A DNA stretch of 64,000 nt, taken from positions 120,342,001 through 120,406,000 of the forward strand of contig OZ024745.1 of NCBI GenBank assembly GCA_964016885.1. Direction: 5' to 3'. The position numbers were made by a program, and so were the translations under genes. Below the pieces are notes generated by a model, which saw only the letters and a list, made by a program, of their open reading frames with translations, made no database searches and was not told the origin of the DNA. The first letter of the stretch is position 1. Each line of letters begins with the position of its first letter. This document shows, piece by piece, positions 26,519 to 39,408 of this stretch. This DNA comes from Eledone cirrhosa. Lineage: Eukaryota.

Positions 26519-28400
26519 TGGGGCATGTGGCGTCTCTGAGGTGTGTGTGTGATTTGTTGGTGGGGGGGCATGTAATGTCTCTGTGGTGTGTGTGGTGTGT
26601 TGGTGGAGGGCATGTGGGGTCTCTGACGTGTGTGTGGTGTGTTGGTGGGGGCCATGTGTCGTCTCTGAGGTGTGTGTGGTGTGTTGGTGGGGGGCATGTG
26701 GGGTCTCTGAGGTGTGTGTGGTGTGTTGGTGGGTGGCATGTGGCGTCTCTGAGGTGCGTGTTGTGTGTTTGTGTGGGGCATGTGGGGTCTCTGAGGTGCG
26801 TGTGGTGTGTTGGTGTAGGGCATGTGGGGTCTCTGAGGTGTCTGTGGTGTGTTAGTGGAGGGCATGTGGGGTCTCTGACGTGTGTGTGGTGTGTTGGTGG
26901 GGGCCATGTGTCGTATCTGAGGTGTGTGTGGTGTGTTGGTGGGGGGCATGTGGGGTCTCTGAGGTGTGTGTGGTGTGATGGTGGCTGGCATGTGGCGTCT
27001 CTGAGGTGCGTGTTGTGTGTTTGTATGGGGCATGTGGGGTCTCTGAAGTGCGTGTGGTGTGTTGGTGGGGGGGCGTATGGGGTCTCTGAGGTGTGTGTGG
27101 TGTGTTGGTGGGGGGCATGTGGGGTCTCTGAGGTGTGTGTGGTGTGTTGGTGGGTGGCATGTGGCGTCTCTGAGGTGCGTGTTGTGTGTTTGTATGGGGC
27201 ATGTGGGGTCTCTGAGGTGTGTGTGGTGTGTTGGTGGGGGGGGGCGTATGGGGTCTCTGAAGTGTGTGTGGTGTGTTGGTGGGGGGACATGTGGGGTCTC
27301 TGAGGTGTGTGTGGTGTGTTGGTGGGGGAGGGTCATGTGTGGTCTCTGAAGTGTGTGTAGTGTGTTGGTGGGGTGACATGGGGGTCTCTGAGGTGTGTGT
27401 GGTGTGTTGGGGGGGGGGTCTCTGAGGTGTGTGTGGTGTGTTGGTGTAGGGCATGTGGGGTCTCTGAGGTGTGTGTGGTGTGTTGGTGGGGGACATGTGG
27501 GGTCTCTGAGGTGTGTGTGGTGTGTTGGTGGGGGCACATGGGGGGGTCTCTGAGGTGTGTGTGGTGTGTTGGTGGGGGGCATGTGGGGTCTCTGAGGTGT
27601 GTGTGGTGTGTTGGTGGGGGGCATGTGGGGTCTCTGAGGTGTGTGTGGTGTGTTGGTGGGGGGACATGGGGGGGGGGTCTCTGAGGTGTGTGTGGTGTGT
27701 TGGTGGGGGGACATGGGGGGGTCTCTGAGGTGTGTGTGGTGTGTTGGTGGGGGGCATGTGGGGTCTCTGGGGTGTGTGTGGTGTGTTGGTGGGGGGCATG
27801 TGGGGTCTCTGGGGTGTGTGTGGTGTGTTGGTGGGGGGCATGTGGGGTCTCTGAGGTGTGTGTGGTGTGTTGGTGGGGGCACATGGGGGGTCTCTGAGGT
27901 GTGTTGGTGGGGGGCATGTGGGGGTCTCTGAGGTGTGTGTGGTGTGTTGGTGGGGGGACATGGGGGTCTCTGAGGTGTGTGTGGTGTGTTGGTGGGGGCA
28001 CATGGGGGGTCTCTGAGGTGTGTGTGGTGTGTTGGTGGGGGGCATGTGGGGTCTCTGAGGTGTGTGTGGTGTGTTGGTGGGTGGCATGTGGGGTCTCTGA
28101 GGTGTGTGTGGTGTGTTGGTGGGGGGACATGGGGGTCTCTGAGGTGTGTGTGGTGTGTTGGTGGGGGGACATGGGGGTCTCTGAGGTGTGTGTGGTGTGT
28201 TGGTGGGGGGCATGTGGGGTCTCTGAGGTGTGTGTGGTGTGTTGGTGGGGGGACATGGGTGTCTCTGACGTGTGTGTGGTGTGTTGGGGGGGGGCATGTG
28301 TCGTCTCTGAGGTGTGTGTGGTGTGTTGGTGGGTGGCATGTGGGGTCTTTGAGGTGTGTGTGGTGTTTTGGTGGGGGCACATGGGGGAACAGGTGTGGGG
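26519..28400. repeat. G-rich 42-bp minisatellite, ~45 units
   Basis: Unit ggggtctctgaggtgtgtgtggtgtgttggtggggggcatgt; 14-aa periodicity in translation. Confidence 0.95.
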
Positions 28401-28499
28401 GGGGCCTACATTTCATGTAAGTAAATTAACATATTTTTATTTTTATTTGTTTGTCAATCTACTTGATATACACACACACACACACACACATACGATATA

Positions 28500-28550
<51 letters not shown>

Positions 28551-28557
28551 ATATATG

Positions 28558-28605
<48 letters not shown>

Positions 28606-28707
28606 GATATATATATATATATGTGTGTATGTATATATATGTGTGTGTGTAGATATAGATATAGATATAGATATATAGAGAGACATACACATATATAACA
28701 TACATAT

Positions 28708-28802
28708 AGAAGAAGAAGAAGAAGAAGAAGAAGAAGAAGAAGAAGAAGAAGAAGAAGAAGAAGAAAAAGAAGAAAAAGAAGAAAAAGAAAAAGAAAAAGA
28801 AG

Positions 28803-28878
<76 letters not shown>
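28708..28878. repeat. (GAA)n-(AAC)n compound microsatellite
   Basis: Direct reading. Confidence 0.95.
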
Positions 28879-28879
<1 letters not shown>

Positions 28880-28989
28880 ACGAATATATAAGCAATAAGA
28901 AGTTTGTTATTCTTGAAGAAAAACTTAGTTTGTAAAGTTTGGCGAAATTAAGTGAGATTGCATTACCTTCTCTCTCTCTCTTCCCCACC

Positions 28990-29024
<35 letters not shown>

Positions 29025-29463
29025 TCACTCCTTCTCTCCCTCTCTCTCTCTCTCTTCTTCACCCCTTCTCATCTCTCTCTCTCTTCTCATCTCTCCCTCC
29101 TCCTCTCTCCTTTCCCATCTCTCCCTCCTCCCGTCTCTCTCCCCATCTCTCTTCTCTCTCCCCATCTTTCCCTCTCCCTATTAAAAACACCCCCCAACAC
29201 TGCCCCCATGAACAACAACAATACTAACATCATCAGCCCTACCGCTACCCCAACCAAATGTAATCTATGAGATGAAGACAGAGAGATGATGAAATTAATT
29301 TACCAGATTAATTACAATAATGTCTTACAACTGACTCTCTATTAACATGTGGGAAAACTGTACATCGGGGGCAAATGTTCGGTATGTGAGTTCGCCACAT
29401 GGATTCGAGCCTCTGTTCTAGAGGGTGGGCCAGAATTCATGACTCACTTCATTATTTATAGAT

Positions 29464-30092
29464 CTGGCAGTATCGGTAGCGGGTTGGACGCCATGCTTTC
29501 TAGCATAGTTACGTCCCTTTACGGACTGAGTTCAAATCCCGTCGATGTCAACTTTGCCTTTCATCCTTACGGGGTCGATAAAATAAAGTACCAGTAATGT
29601 ACTGGGTAATTGCTGGCCTTGTGCCAAAAGTAGAAACAATTATTTATAGATCTATTAGGTGGTGAATTGGTAGTATCGGTAGATGGTCGGACGCCATGTC
29701 TTACAGCACAGAGTTACGTCCCTTTACGGACTGAGTTCAAATCCCGTCGAGGTTAACTTTGCCTTTCATCCTTAAGAGGTCGATGAAATAAAGTACCAGT
29801 AATGCACTGGGATAATTGCTGGCCTTGTGCCAAAAGTAGAAATAATTATTAACTCCGGTGGATTGGCAGTATCGGTAGAGCGTCAGACACCATGCTTTGC
29901 AGCAGAGAGTTCTGAGTTCACATCCCACCGAGGTTAGGTTTGCCTTTTATCCTTACGGAGTTAGGTTAGGTTTGCCTTTCATCCTTACGGAGTTAGGTTA
30001 GGTTTGCCTTTCATCCTTACGGAGTCGATAAAATAAAGCACCAGTAATGCACTGGGGTAATTGCTGGCCTTGTGCCTAAAGTAGAAACAATT
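29464..30092 (+). mobile_element. Three head-to-tail SINE family A copies
   Basis: Copies at ~29464, ~29658 and ~29857, each ending ggccttgtgcc...gtagaaa(c/t)aatt. The third has an internal repeat of ggttaggtttgcctt..atccttacgga. Confidence 0.88.
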
Positions 30093-30224
30093 ATTAACTC
30101 CGTTGTTAAATCAAACCTGGAAATACATCCTCGTGAAAAACCAGGACTTTGAAATACCAACAAAACCACTGACAAATGAATGTCTTTAGGGAAAATCAGC
30201 CAAAAGCACGTCTTCCTTTTCAAG

Positions 30225-30522
30225 TCTTCTTATTCTTCTTCGCCCATATATTCTTGAGAGGGCCGTGGGGGAAGACTCCTCAAATACTTCCTGTCAGAAG
30301 CAACCGTCTCCAACTAATCCAGCTGGATTCCCAAGCGAGACCAGCCAAGCCCATGGAGGTTATCCAACCATCTTTCTAGGGGTTTATTTATGGGTCTCCT
30401 GCTGGTTGGTTTCGCCCGTAAAATCTGTCCAGCGATTCTTTCCTGAGACATTCTAACCCATAGTATCAGAGCTGTGATCTCTCAATTCGGAGAAGTAGTG
30501 GCTCTACCTGGAGTGACTCTCT
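30225..30522 (-). mobile_element. RTE-clade LINE 3' end
   Basis: RESLQVEPLLLRIERSQL...RMSQERIAGQILRAKPTSRRP...RWLD followed by a GAA-rich tail. Confidence 0.8.
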
Positions 30523-30524
30523 GG

Positions 30525-30612
30525 TCTTCTTCTTCTTCTTCTTCTTCTTCTGTACATCCGTGACCGGTTCCATGGCGAAGTTCCTCCTCCAGCTCACCCT
30601 GTTTAGCATTAC
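30525..30612 (-). mobile_element. RTE-like LINE extreme 3' end with (GAA)n tail
   Basis: acagggtgagctggaggaggaactt...accggtcac..atg + (gaa)n; same family as 41130-41407. Confidence 0.75.
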
Positions 30613-30909
30613 CGGCTGAATTTCCCCTGTTTTCCGGGGCTACGCTCTTTATTGAGTAACGTTACTCCTTTTCAAGTCCACAGGAAAAATTATGACAGCG
30701 AAATACTGGTCAATGATGTAACACTGGCGATCGTTAGAGAAATACCTATTACAGCCGGTATTACCTTACCATACGTTTTTACAGTTAAATAGACGGAATA
30801 ATTTGAGGATCAATTGTCTTAGTAAAATGACAGCAGTCAAAGCCATTATAATATTGACGATCAAGATTTAAAGGAATTAAAGCAAATATATATAATGGTT
30901 TCCTATATA

Positions 30910-31110
30910 GTCACAAGGCCAGCAATTTTGGGGAAGGGGGAAGTCGAATACATCGACCCAGTGCGTGACTGGTACTTTATTTTATCTACCCCGTGAGGAT
31001 GAAAAGTAAGTTAGCCTCGGCGGGATTTGAATTCAGATCATAAAGGGCCGTAACTCTATGCTGCAAAACATGGCGTCCGACCCTCTACCGATACTGCCAA
31101 TCCACCGCCC
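30910..31110 (-). mobile_element. SINE family A
   Basis: Reverse complement of the family consensus, ending tactgccaatccaccgcc. Confidence 0.85.
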
Positions 31111-31582
31111 TAGCATATATATATATAATGAACACAAGCACAAGGATATGGTCCGAACGTGGAAGAGCCGAATTCCACTGTCATCGCCTCCATCTCTCGA
31201 ACATAACAGAACATCGATCGTGGATTATAAGTTACTGAGTTCCGATTGATTGATAATCCAGTATCTTCTCAAGGCGATAATAGTTAAATCTGGGTACATT
31301 TACTAAATTCTCATTGAGTCGATCAATTACACACTTTCCATCTGCCAACGAACAAAGCAATCAATATGATTGTTACATTTTAGCAACATTGTATGATGAC
31401 ATTATTTCTGTCTATGTTTAATGTTTTTCAAGCATGATTCATGGCTTTTCTCCATTTCTTTCTTAGTGTTTTTTAACAAACTTTCTTCATCTCCCTTTTC
31501 TTTCTTCTCCCTCTTTTTTTCTTCCGTTGATATATCTGATTCATCTTCGTCTCACAAAGTTTTCATACAAAATACTCACATT

Positions 31583-31639
<57 letters not shown>

Positions 31640-31719
31640 AAAATTGAACGGGAACAAAACAGAGAGGCAGTACGAACAAAGGTTTATTAGTTTCACGCTC
31701 TTGAGAGTGGGGTGATGGT

Positions 31720-31762
31720 GGAGAACGACGTTTCGGGCATAAGCCCTTCTTCAGGTGAAAAG
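31720..31762 (-). ncRNA. Hammerhead-like motif with weak stem I, in a PLE-tail-like insert within (AT)n
   Basis: CTGAAGA-a-gggc-ttat-gccc-GAAA-cg-TC; only 2 bp of stem I is evident. Confidence 0.6.
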
Positions 31763-31894
31763 TGTGTGGGAAGAGAGTTCAAAGGGTGTGTAGGGGAGTG
31801 GTGGAGAGACATATAGCAAAAAGGGGGTGAGAGGAAACGGTGCAAATGAAATATATATATGTGTGTGTGTGTGTGTGTATCCCGGGTTAAATCA

Positions 31895-31992
31895 CGTGTG
31901 TATCCTCGGTAAAGTCTATGCTAAGTGTCTGGCAAAGAGATGCAGGGAGATTATCGAGTCCAAGCTAGCTGAGGAACAATGCGGTTTTCATC
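31895..31992 (+). mobile_element. RTE RT fragment
   Basis: ILGKVYAKCLAKRCREIIESKLAEEQCGF (GKV...EEQCGF motif). Confidence 0.75.
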
Positions 31993-32067
31993 AGTACAGC
32001 TCACTGTTCACCTGCCAAACTGTCAGAGCTAGTGAAAATATATGCTATTTTTAAAAAAACACAGTGA

Positions 32068-32170
32068 CTGATCGGCCTGATTTGCATATTAGCAGACAGG
32101 CTGATCAGTCAGATCTGCATATTAGCGGATCCACTGATCAGCCAGATTTGCATATCAGCAGACTGGCCAG
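32068..32170. repeat. 33-bp tandem repeat x3
   Basis: ctgatc.g.c.gat(t/c)tgcatat.agc.ga. Confidence 0.8.
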
Positions 32171-32659
32171 TCAGTTTCCTGTATACGAGCGATAAATGGC
32201 CGGCTTTGCCAAATACGTGGCTCTGATTAACGCCAACCAGCGTGAAACAGACTGTCAGCTTCTCTCCCTTCTATCGCCGAAAAGAAGTAAGTGACATAGT
32301 CACTACTTTAAAACTGATAGCGTGTGGTCTTCTAAATGTTTTTAATTAAACATACGGTATATTGCCAAATATACTATACATACATTCATGTATACATCGC
32401 TATTTCAGAGCACCAATCCTAATATATATATATTGATATATATATATATATATATGGAGGGGGGGAATAAATATATATATATTAATATATATTAAACTGA
32501 GTACTAAGCAGCTGAAGTATCCGATAAATTTCTATCTGTACAGATACAGTATGGAGGTAACTGAGGTTGCATTAATTAACTACCATAAACTCTAATAATA
32601 TGCAAAGTAGTACGTCCATTTCAGTTATTCGTTTTCTTCTTCCTCTTCTTCTTCTTCTT

Positions 32660-33470
32660 ATTATTATTATTATTATTATTATTGTTCTTTGAGTCTCAGT
32701 CATTGATGTTATTTAACTGGAAAGTTTGTTGAAATGAATATCAAGCCACTACCTGCAGCCTCAGATATTCAGGGCGTATCGGAGGGTTCTTGCTGTTCCC
32801 AGCAAGCATGCCTTTTGAAGTGTTCCAAAAAGCGGGGCGGGACCAAATTTCTTTAACCATCCTTGGAAACTCTTTGACATAGTACCTAGTGCGCCTATAA
32901 CAATCGGGACCACTTTGACTTCATGGCAGTTCCAAATCATTTTTACCTCCCACTTCAAGTCCTGGTATCCTTTAATTTTCTCCCTCTCCTTCTCTTGCAC
33001 TCTCATGTCGAATGGGCAGGCTACATCTACAATCAGGCACAATCTTTTTCCCTTGTCTAAAACCACCAGGTCATGTCTATTGTGTTCCAGTTCCTTGTCC
33101 GTCTGTATCCTAAAATCCTACAGCACCTTCACCTGATCGTTTTCCATCACCGACTCTGGCTTATGCTCATACCACTTCTCAGAATGTGGTAAATTGTTTA
33201 CTTTGCATAGGTGCCAGTGGATCACCCTGCCCACCACATCATGTCTCTAGCCCTTATAGTGAGTCTGGACTAGGTGTTTACACTCGGATACAATGTGAGC
33301 CACAGTCTCCTCTCTCTCCACAGATCCTACACAGTGGGCTAGCCTCCTCCTTGTAAATATGGTGTTTCAGCCACTTCGTTCTGAGGACCTGCTCTTGCGC
33401 AGCCATTAGCATTCCTTCTGTAGCCTTTTTAAGGTCTCCTCTTTTCAACCAGTTCCATGTCTGTGGATCT
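32660..33470 (-). mobile_element. R4/Dong-type non-LTR retrotransposon 3' part (zinc knuckle + restriction-like endonuclease)
   Basis: AAQEQVLRT...CRICG...HIVSEC...RHD...HWHLCK...HNRHDLVV...IVDVACPFD...EKIKGYQDL...VPIVIGALG...LQKACLLGTA, with a (TAA)n tail at 32660-32683. Confidence 0.9.
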
Positions 33471-34224
33471 CTAAATTATTTGAGAAAACATACATACATG
33501 ATTGCTGCAAACTCTGCTAAGAGTATTGCAATCGCTTGTCAGATTACAGAAAATTGTGCACTTTTAGGCTACGGCCAGCCACACGAACCTGTAACATATC
33601 CCGAACAAGCAATGCCTGTGCTTTGAAGGTTTTTTTAAGTGGGGAAAGGCCTTGCACTCGACCAAACCCACTCTCTGAGCATCGAAAATACTACCCGAAG
33701 CCGTAGGTTTCTTTTTCAGAGTTTCCCTCTCTTAGAAAGGTGTTGTGATAACAACTGGGGGCCTTTCATTCCCAAGTGAAAAACAAAATACTATTTGGAT
33801 GGCCGTTGACTCTACTGAGTTACTCCGCCCTTTGCCGGGTCTTGTATTTCAACCCCCAGGGTGTCCAAATATCACCCTCCTCACCAAGCAAGCTGGTTTA
33901 GTCGCCGACGATCCAACCATGAGATAGGTGTACTGGATTACATGTTACCAGTAGCACTCGAGAGCAACCTGACTTACATAAATACATGTATGTACATACA
34001 TACATGTATTTATGTACATGTATGTACATTTATGTACACACATGTATGTACACATGTATGTATGAATGTAATTTATCTTGAAACTGTTGAGACTGTAATG
34101 TTTACATACCATTAACATGCATTATTCATAACAAATAAACATGCATTACATTTATACAAAACGACAGGTTCCATTTTAGCATTTTATATTTTCAATATGG
34201 TGTCAAGTAGAACACACCCACACC

Positions 34225-34297
<73 letters not shown>

Positions 34298-35019
34298 GTA
34301 TATATGTAGAGAGACAGGCAGACAGATAGATAGTTTGTTTGTAAATAGTTATGTTATAAATATATATATTCTTTGTTGAAAGAATTTATATTAATCTTAT
34401 GAAGTTAAGAAGTTGAATATAAAACACTCTTGCACATTAACCTTCCATGCGTAAAGCCAAACAGTTATTTCGTTGAATTAATAGCATATCGTATTGGAAA
34501 GTGAGAAAATGGCGGAAAGATGGGGAGAGTTTGGGAGCAGAGAAAATTGAGTCAAATAAGAGAGAGAGGTGGGGCGGTAAGTGAGTAATTAGTTGATTGG
34601 TCCCAGCACGTGGGATATCATTTGCTCACCATACAGAGAGAGGGGGAGGGCGATAGAGATGGGGGCGATGACAGTGGGAGTTCGGCTCTTCCACATTCGG
34701 ACCATATCCTTGTGGTTGTGTTCATTATCTATAGAGTATTGTTTTGTCGTAAATAAACAAATGGATGAATAAATTTGTCAGTACTCACAGTGTGGTGACA
34801 GATATTCTAAATAAAGAACGAAGAAGATATTCATTGCTTTGACGATAAATCCAAGAATTTCAACAAACATGAATCTTTTTTTCTTCTTTAAATATATTCT
34901 CACGAGACAATAGAGGAACCCCTTTGCTGACGTTTCATCTGCTGGAAATAACGCTTAGATTTTCATCAAATCATTCCCTACAACTCTTAAATAAGCGAAG
35001 AACATATTACATAATAGTT

Positions 35020-35291
35020 GACCTCTGCAGAATTTGAACTCAGAGAGCAGATAGCCGTAACAAGTACCGTAAAAGCATTCTATCCGATGTTCTAACGACT
35101 CTGCCAATTCGTCGCCTTAATAACTGCATTTACACACATGTAGATAGAAGCATATGTATATTTACACATATAACTCAAACCATACACATCTATACATGTA
35201 ATAACACATACATACACACACACACATAATTACCTAGATTTTTTTTGTCTAAATTCTAATGTGAAATAGTTTTTCTTGTGTTAGAAAACCG

Positions 35292-35334
<43 letters not shown>

Positions 35335-35383
35335 TTCTCTCTCTCTCTCTCATCTCCTCTCTCAATCTCTGTCTATCTATCTA

Positions 35384-35438
<55 letters not shown>

Positions 35439-35745
35439 CACAACCTCACATTCTTTTGTATGGACCTTTAACTTCTAATGGAGTCGTAAGGGCGCCATTG
35501 TAACATGCAGCTTATCTTGAGCATTTTACCTCCTTCCCCTCTCGAGGTCTGAAAGCCAATTTCTCCCACAGAGAGAGTGTGTGTGTGAGAGAGAGAGAGT
35601 GTGTGCCGGATAGAGAGGAAATGACAAAGATATATAGAGGTAGAATCGACCCCAGTACTGAACTGGTACTTTTTTAATCGACTTTGAATGAAAGAAAGGC
35701 AAAAATGACCTTAGCGGAATCTGAACTCAGAATGCAGAGAACCAG
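35020..35745 (-). mobile_element. Two SINE family A fragments (35020-35118, 35645-35745)
   Basis: gaatttgaactcagag...ctgccaattcgtcgcc; aactggtactttt...gaatctgaactcaga. Confidence 0.7.
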
Positions 35746-36134
35746 AACGACTCTAGAAATTTTTCCCCTTTGTCATTTTTTTTTTTTTTTTCTCCATTTC
35801 TTAAAAACACTTCGTGACAGGGACAGTAACTTTTTACAGTCTTAGTTTATATTCTCAGTATTGACACGTCGCTTTCTCGACAGACGTAAAATATTTCAGT
35901 CTTGCACAACTGTTCGCTAACAACATGGTGGTTTACCTGCTACTATTCAGTATTCACAATGTATGTATGTGTAATAAAATTATTAATGATTTAGAGATGA
36001 ATTATATCCAGGGACCTTGTCTAGGAGATGGTGAGACTGGACTAAGTAGGAGGTGATGTGGGGAGTGTCTGAATGATAAGAGGGGGGAGGAGTCTGAGAG
36101 GCGTGAAGTGAGAGACAGAATCGACAAAATCCTT

Positions 36135-36144
36135 TATATATATT

Positions 36145-36199
<55 letters not shown>

Positions 36200-36404
36200 A
36201 TTTATATATATATATATGTGTGTGTATGTGTGTGTGTGTATGTGTGTGTATGTGTGTGTGTATGTATATGTGTATGTGTGGGTGAGTGTATGTGTGTGTG
36301 TGTGTGTCATCCATGCGCGCACGCATAAATAGGTATTTGCATACCTGTGCAGGTATGTACGTATGTGCGCGTGTGGGGAGAGAGAGATAATATATATATA
36401 TATC

Positions 36405-36466
<62 letters not shown>

Positions 36467-36480
36467 TACATACGTATATA

Positions 36481-36512
<32 letters not shown>

Positions 36513-36705
36513 AATACACATACATATATACATACGTATATATATATATACATATATATATATAAATACACATACATATATATATACATACATATATATA
36601 TATATATACATACATATATATATATATACATATATACATATATATATACATGCACATTTATATATATATACATATATACATATATATATACATATATATA
36701 TATAA

Positions 36706-36744
<39 letters not shown>

Positions 36745-36750
36745 CATATT
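36135..36750. repeat. (AT)n/(GT)n compound microsatellite
   Basis: Direct reading. Confidence 0.95.
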
Positions 36751-37072
36751 TGTGTGAGTTCGCATTCATACACGTTGCGGACATGCATCCATACATTACT
36801 TTCGCACATCCATACAAACATATAAATGTAATAATATTTTTAATGACCATGTAAGGAGAGAGGGGAGATAACTACTATGTGTCTGTATATTGTATGTATC
36901 CCAATATGGGAGGAAAAAATAGAAAAATAAAGTTAAATCGAGGCTTTGCTCAGTAAGTGAGAAATTATGTGTTAAAATGATATAAGGGCTTACAGAGATA
37001 AAGATGATATAATGGGGAAAATAACATGAAAGAAGGAATGAAGGGAAGAGAGAGAGAGAGCGAGAGAGCGAG

Positions 37073-37164
<92 letters not shown>

Positions 37165-37752
37165 TAAGAAAGAAAGAAAGCAAGAAAGAAAGAAAAGATA
37201 ACTCCATGATGGATAATAGGGAAATTGGTGAATCGGTGATGGGTTGGATTTTCAGATATGGATCGGAAGGAAAGATGGAAGTAAGTATCAACGGTGTTGG
37301 AGGGAATAAACGAGAATAAACGAGAATAAATGAGAGGATTGAGAATGATATAACTGGACGCGCGCATTTCCCGCCGTTTAGACATGAATTTATGAAAAGA
37401 TGTATGGATGCACGTACGCATCGACATTTGAATATAGATATGTATAGATATGTGTGTGTTTAGTATATACACAGCACAATATATATGATGTACAGCTAGT
37501 TGTATGGGGATTTTATAGATATGTTTATTATGCAGTTGTCACACAGTGTAAACTTTTATGTTTCGTTTCGTATACTTTTTGTTTATTTCATATATATATA
37601 TATATATTGTATAAACGATTACGTCATTCTATTGGTCTGTTTGCATCTGCGTGCGTATATCTACCTAGACATTATATATATATATGTGTGTGTGTTGCGT
37701 GTGCGTGTGTGTGTGTGTGTGCGTGTATGTGGGTGCGTGTGCGTGTGTGTGC

Positions 37753-37960
37753 GTGTGGCTGTGTGGTTAGAGAATTGGATTCGCAATCGTGAAGTTGTGA
37801 GTTCGATTCCCCGACCCGGCGATGTGTTATGTCTTTGAGCAAGACACTTATTTCACGTTACGCCTTCTACTTGAAGTTGCGACCGATAGATAGAACTAGC
37901 AATTGGAAAGAACAATGGAAACATTGTTTCCTCGGTCCGATTTGACGAAAGTCGATCAGT
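37753..37960 (+). mobile_element. tRNA-derived SINE, family B
   Basis: tggctgtgtggttagag...gagttcgattcc...ttgagcaagacacttatttcacgtt; copies also at 50329, 58511, 58997 and 63420. Confidence 0.85.
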
Positions 37961-37974
37961 GTTCATTTATCCGT

Positions 37975-38598
37975 TGATAAATGAACGGATAAATGAACAC
38001 TGGCGAGACCTTCAAGATAATAAAGAATCATCTGTACTCTACCAACATGCTAAGATAGAACACAAGGGTAAATTAGAGAACATAGAAATAAAAATAGAAT
38101 CTACACACAGAAAAGACGCAATGTTTAGACAAATTACAGAGGCAATAAACATAAAAGAATTACAACCAAAATTAAATAGAAAATATGAGTGGAACAGCAA
38201 CATCACAACTTACAATTAAGGACAAAATGAAAACACACACACACACATAGAACAAACAACCAACCAGTAACATGTAAATAAACAAATAAATAAATGAACA
38301 TAAACACACACAGACACCCGGATGTGGCGCATGCGCAGACTGAGCACACAACACAGAAACAAAATGGCGTAGGACAGAACAAAGGAGAGGCACAGAAACA
38401 AAGAAAGGAATCCCCAGTCACTGAAGAGGTCACAGAGTGTGTGACGAAAGAACTATGACTATATATAAACAACTATCTGGTTGTGGAACCAACCAACCAG
38501 AAATTTATAAATTTATAAATATATAAATATATAATAAATTGAAGTGAAAGCAACTGGTGCGTGTGTTTCTTATTGGCAACATGACCCTCCCAAAGTAT

Positions 38599-38600
<2 letters not shown>
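37975..38600 (+). mobile_element. Penelope-like element 3' end (GIY-YIG C-half + pseudo-LTR)
   Basis: ERINEH...SVLYQHAKIEH...RQITEAINIKELQPKLNRKYEW, then an HHR, ending in (AT)n. Confidence 0.85.
38416..38460 (+). ncRNA. Minimal type I hammerhead ribozyme motif
   Basis: agtca / CTGAAGA / g-gtcaca-gagtg-tgtgac / GAAA / gaac / TA / tgact. Confidence 0.8.
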
Positions 38601-38671
<71 letters not shown>

Positions 38672-38948
38672 GAAATGGGTGGTGGTTGAAATTCAGATGT
38701 GCACTGTTAAATGGTAGTAGACGTGGTCGGACGGACATGAAAATTTACACACCTATGTAAAAAGTGCCAAGGAAGCAAATAGACGAGGTTTCAAATCTCT
38801 CTCTCTCTCACCTTCTATCTTTCTCTGGAATAAATCTGCTGTACTCAGACCTGGAAAGGGTTGTGCTCCGCCAGGCTTAAAATGCCGAAGAAACGCCGTA
38901 TGTCAATATGGCGCCCCTGCGACTCTATCAGGAGTTACGGGACCATAC

Positions 38949-38996
<48 letters not shown>

Positions 38997-39044
38997 GTGT
39001 GTGCGTGTGTATAATTAAATCTACTGTCATATCTATTTACAATA

Positions 39045-39232
39045 ATTGTTTCTACTTTTGGCACAAGGCCAGCAAATACCCAGTGTATTACTGGTACTTT
39101 ATTTTATTGATCCCGTAAGGATGAAAGGCAAAGTTAACCTTGACGGGATTTGAACTCAGAATGGCAAGGGCCGTAACTCAACGCGTCAAAGCATGGCGTC
39201 CGACCCTCTGCCGATACTGCCAATCCACCGCC
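39045..39232 (-). mobile_element. SINE family A
   Basis: Full-length reverse copy. Confidence 0.85.
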
Positions 39233-39408
39233 TAGGTTTAGTTCATATTTTCATGCAAATCATTTTCAATACATCTCTACATCTCAGCAAAAGATGACCC
39301 GTTGATCTATTTACAATAATGAATACATAAATAGATCAACGGGTCATTTTTTGCTGAGATGTAGAGATGTATTGAAAATGATTTGCATGAAAATATGAAC
39401 CAAACCTA
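39233..39408. repeat. Palindrome, 81-bp arms, 14-nt spacer, 2 mismatches
   Basis: 39233-39313 pairs with 39328-39408. Confidence 0.92.

Noticed and set aside
26470-28698. Cys/Trp/Gly or Pro/His/Thr repeat proteins
   Set aside because: A 42-bp minisatellite with frequent G-run frameshifts.
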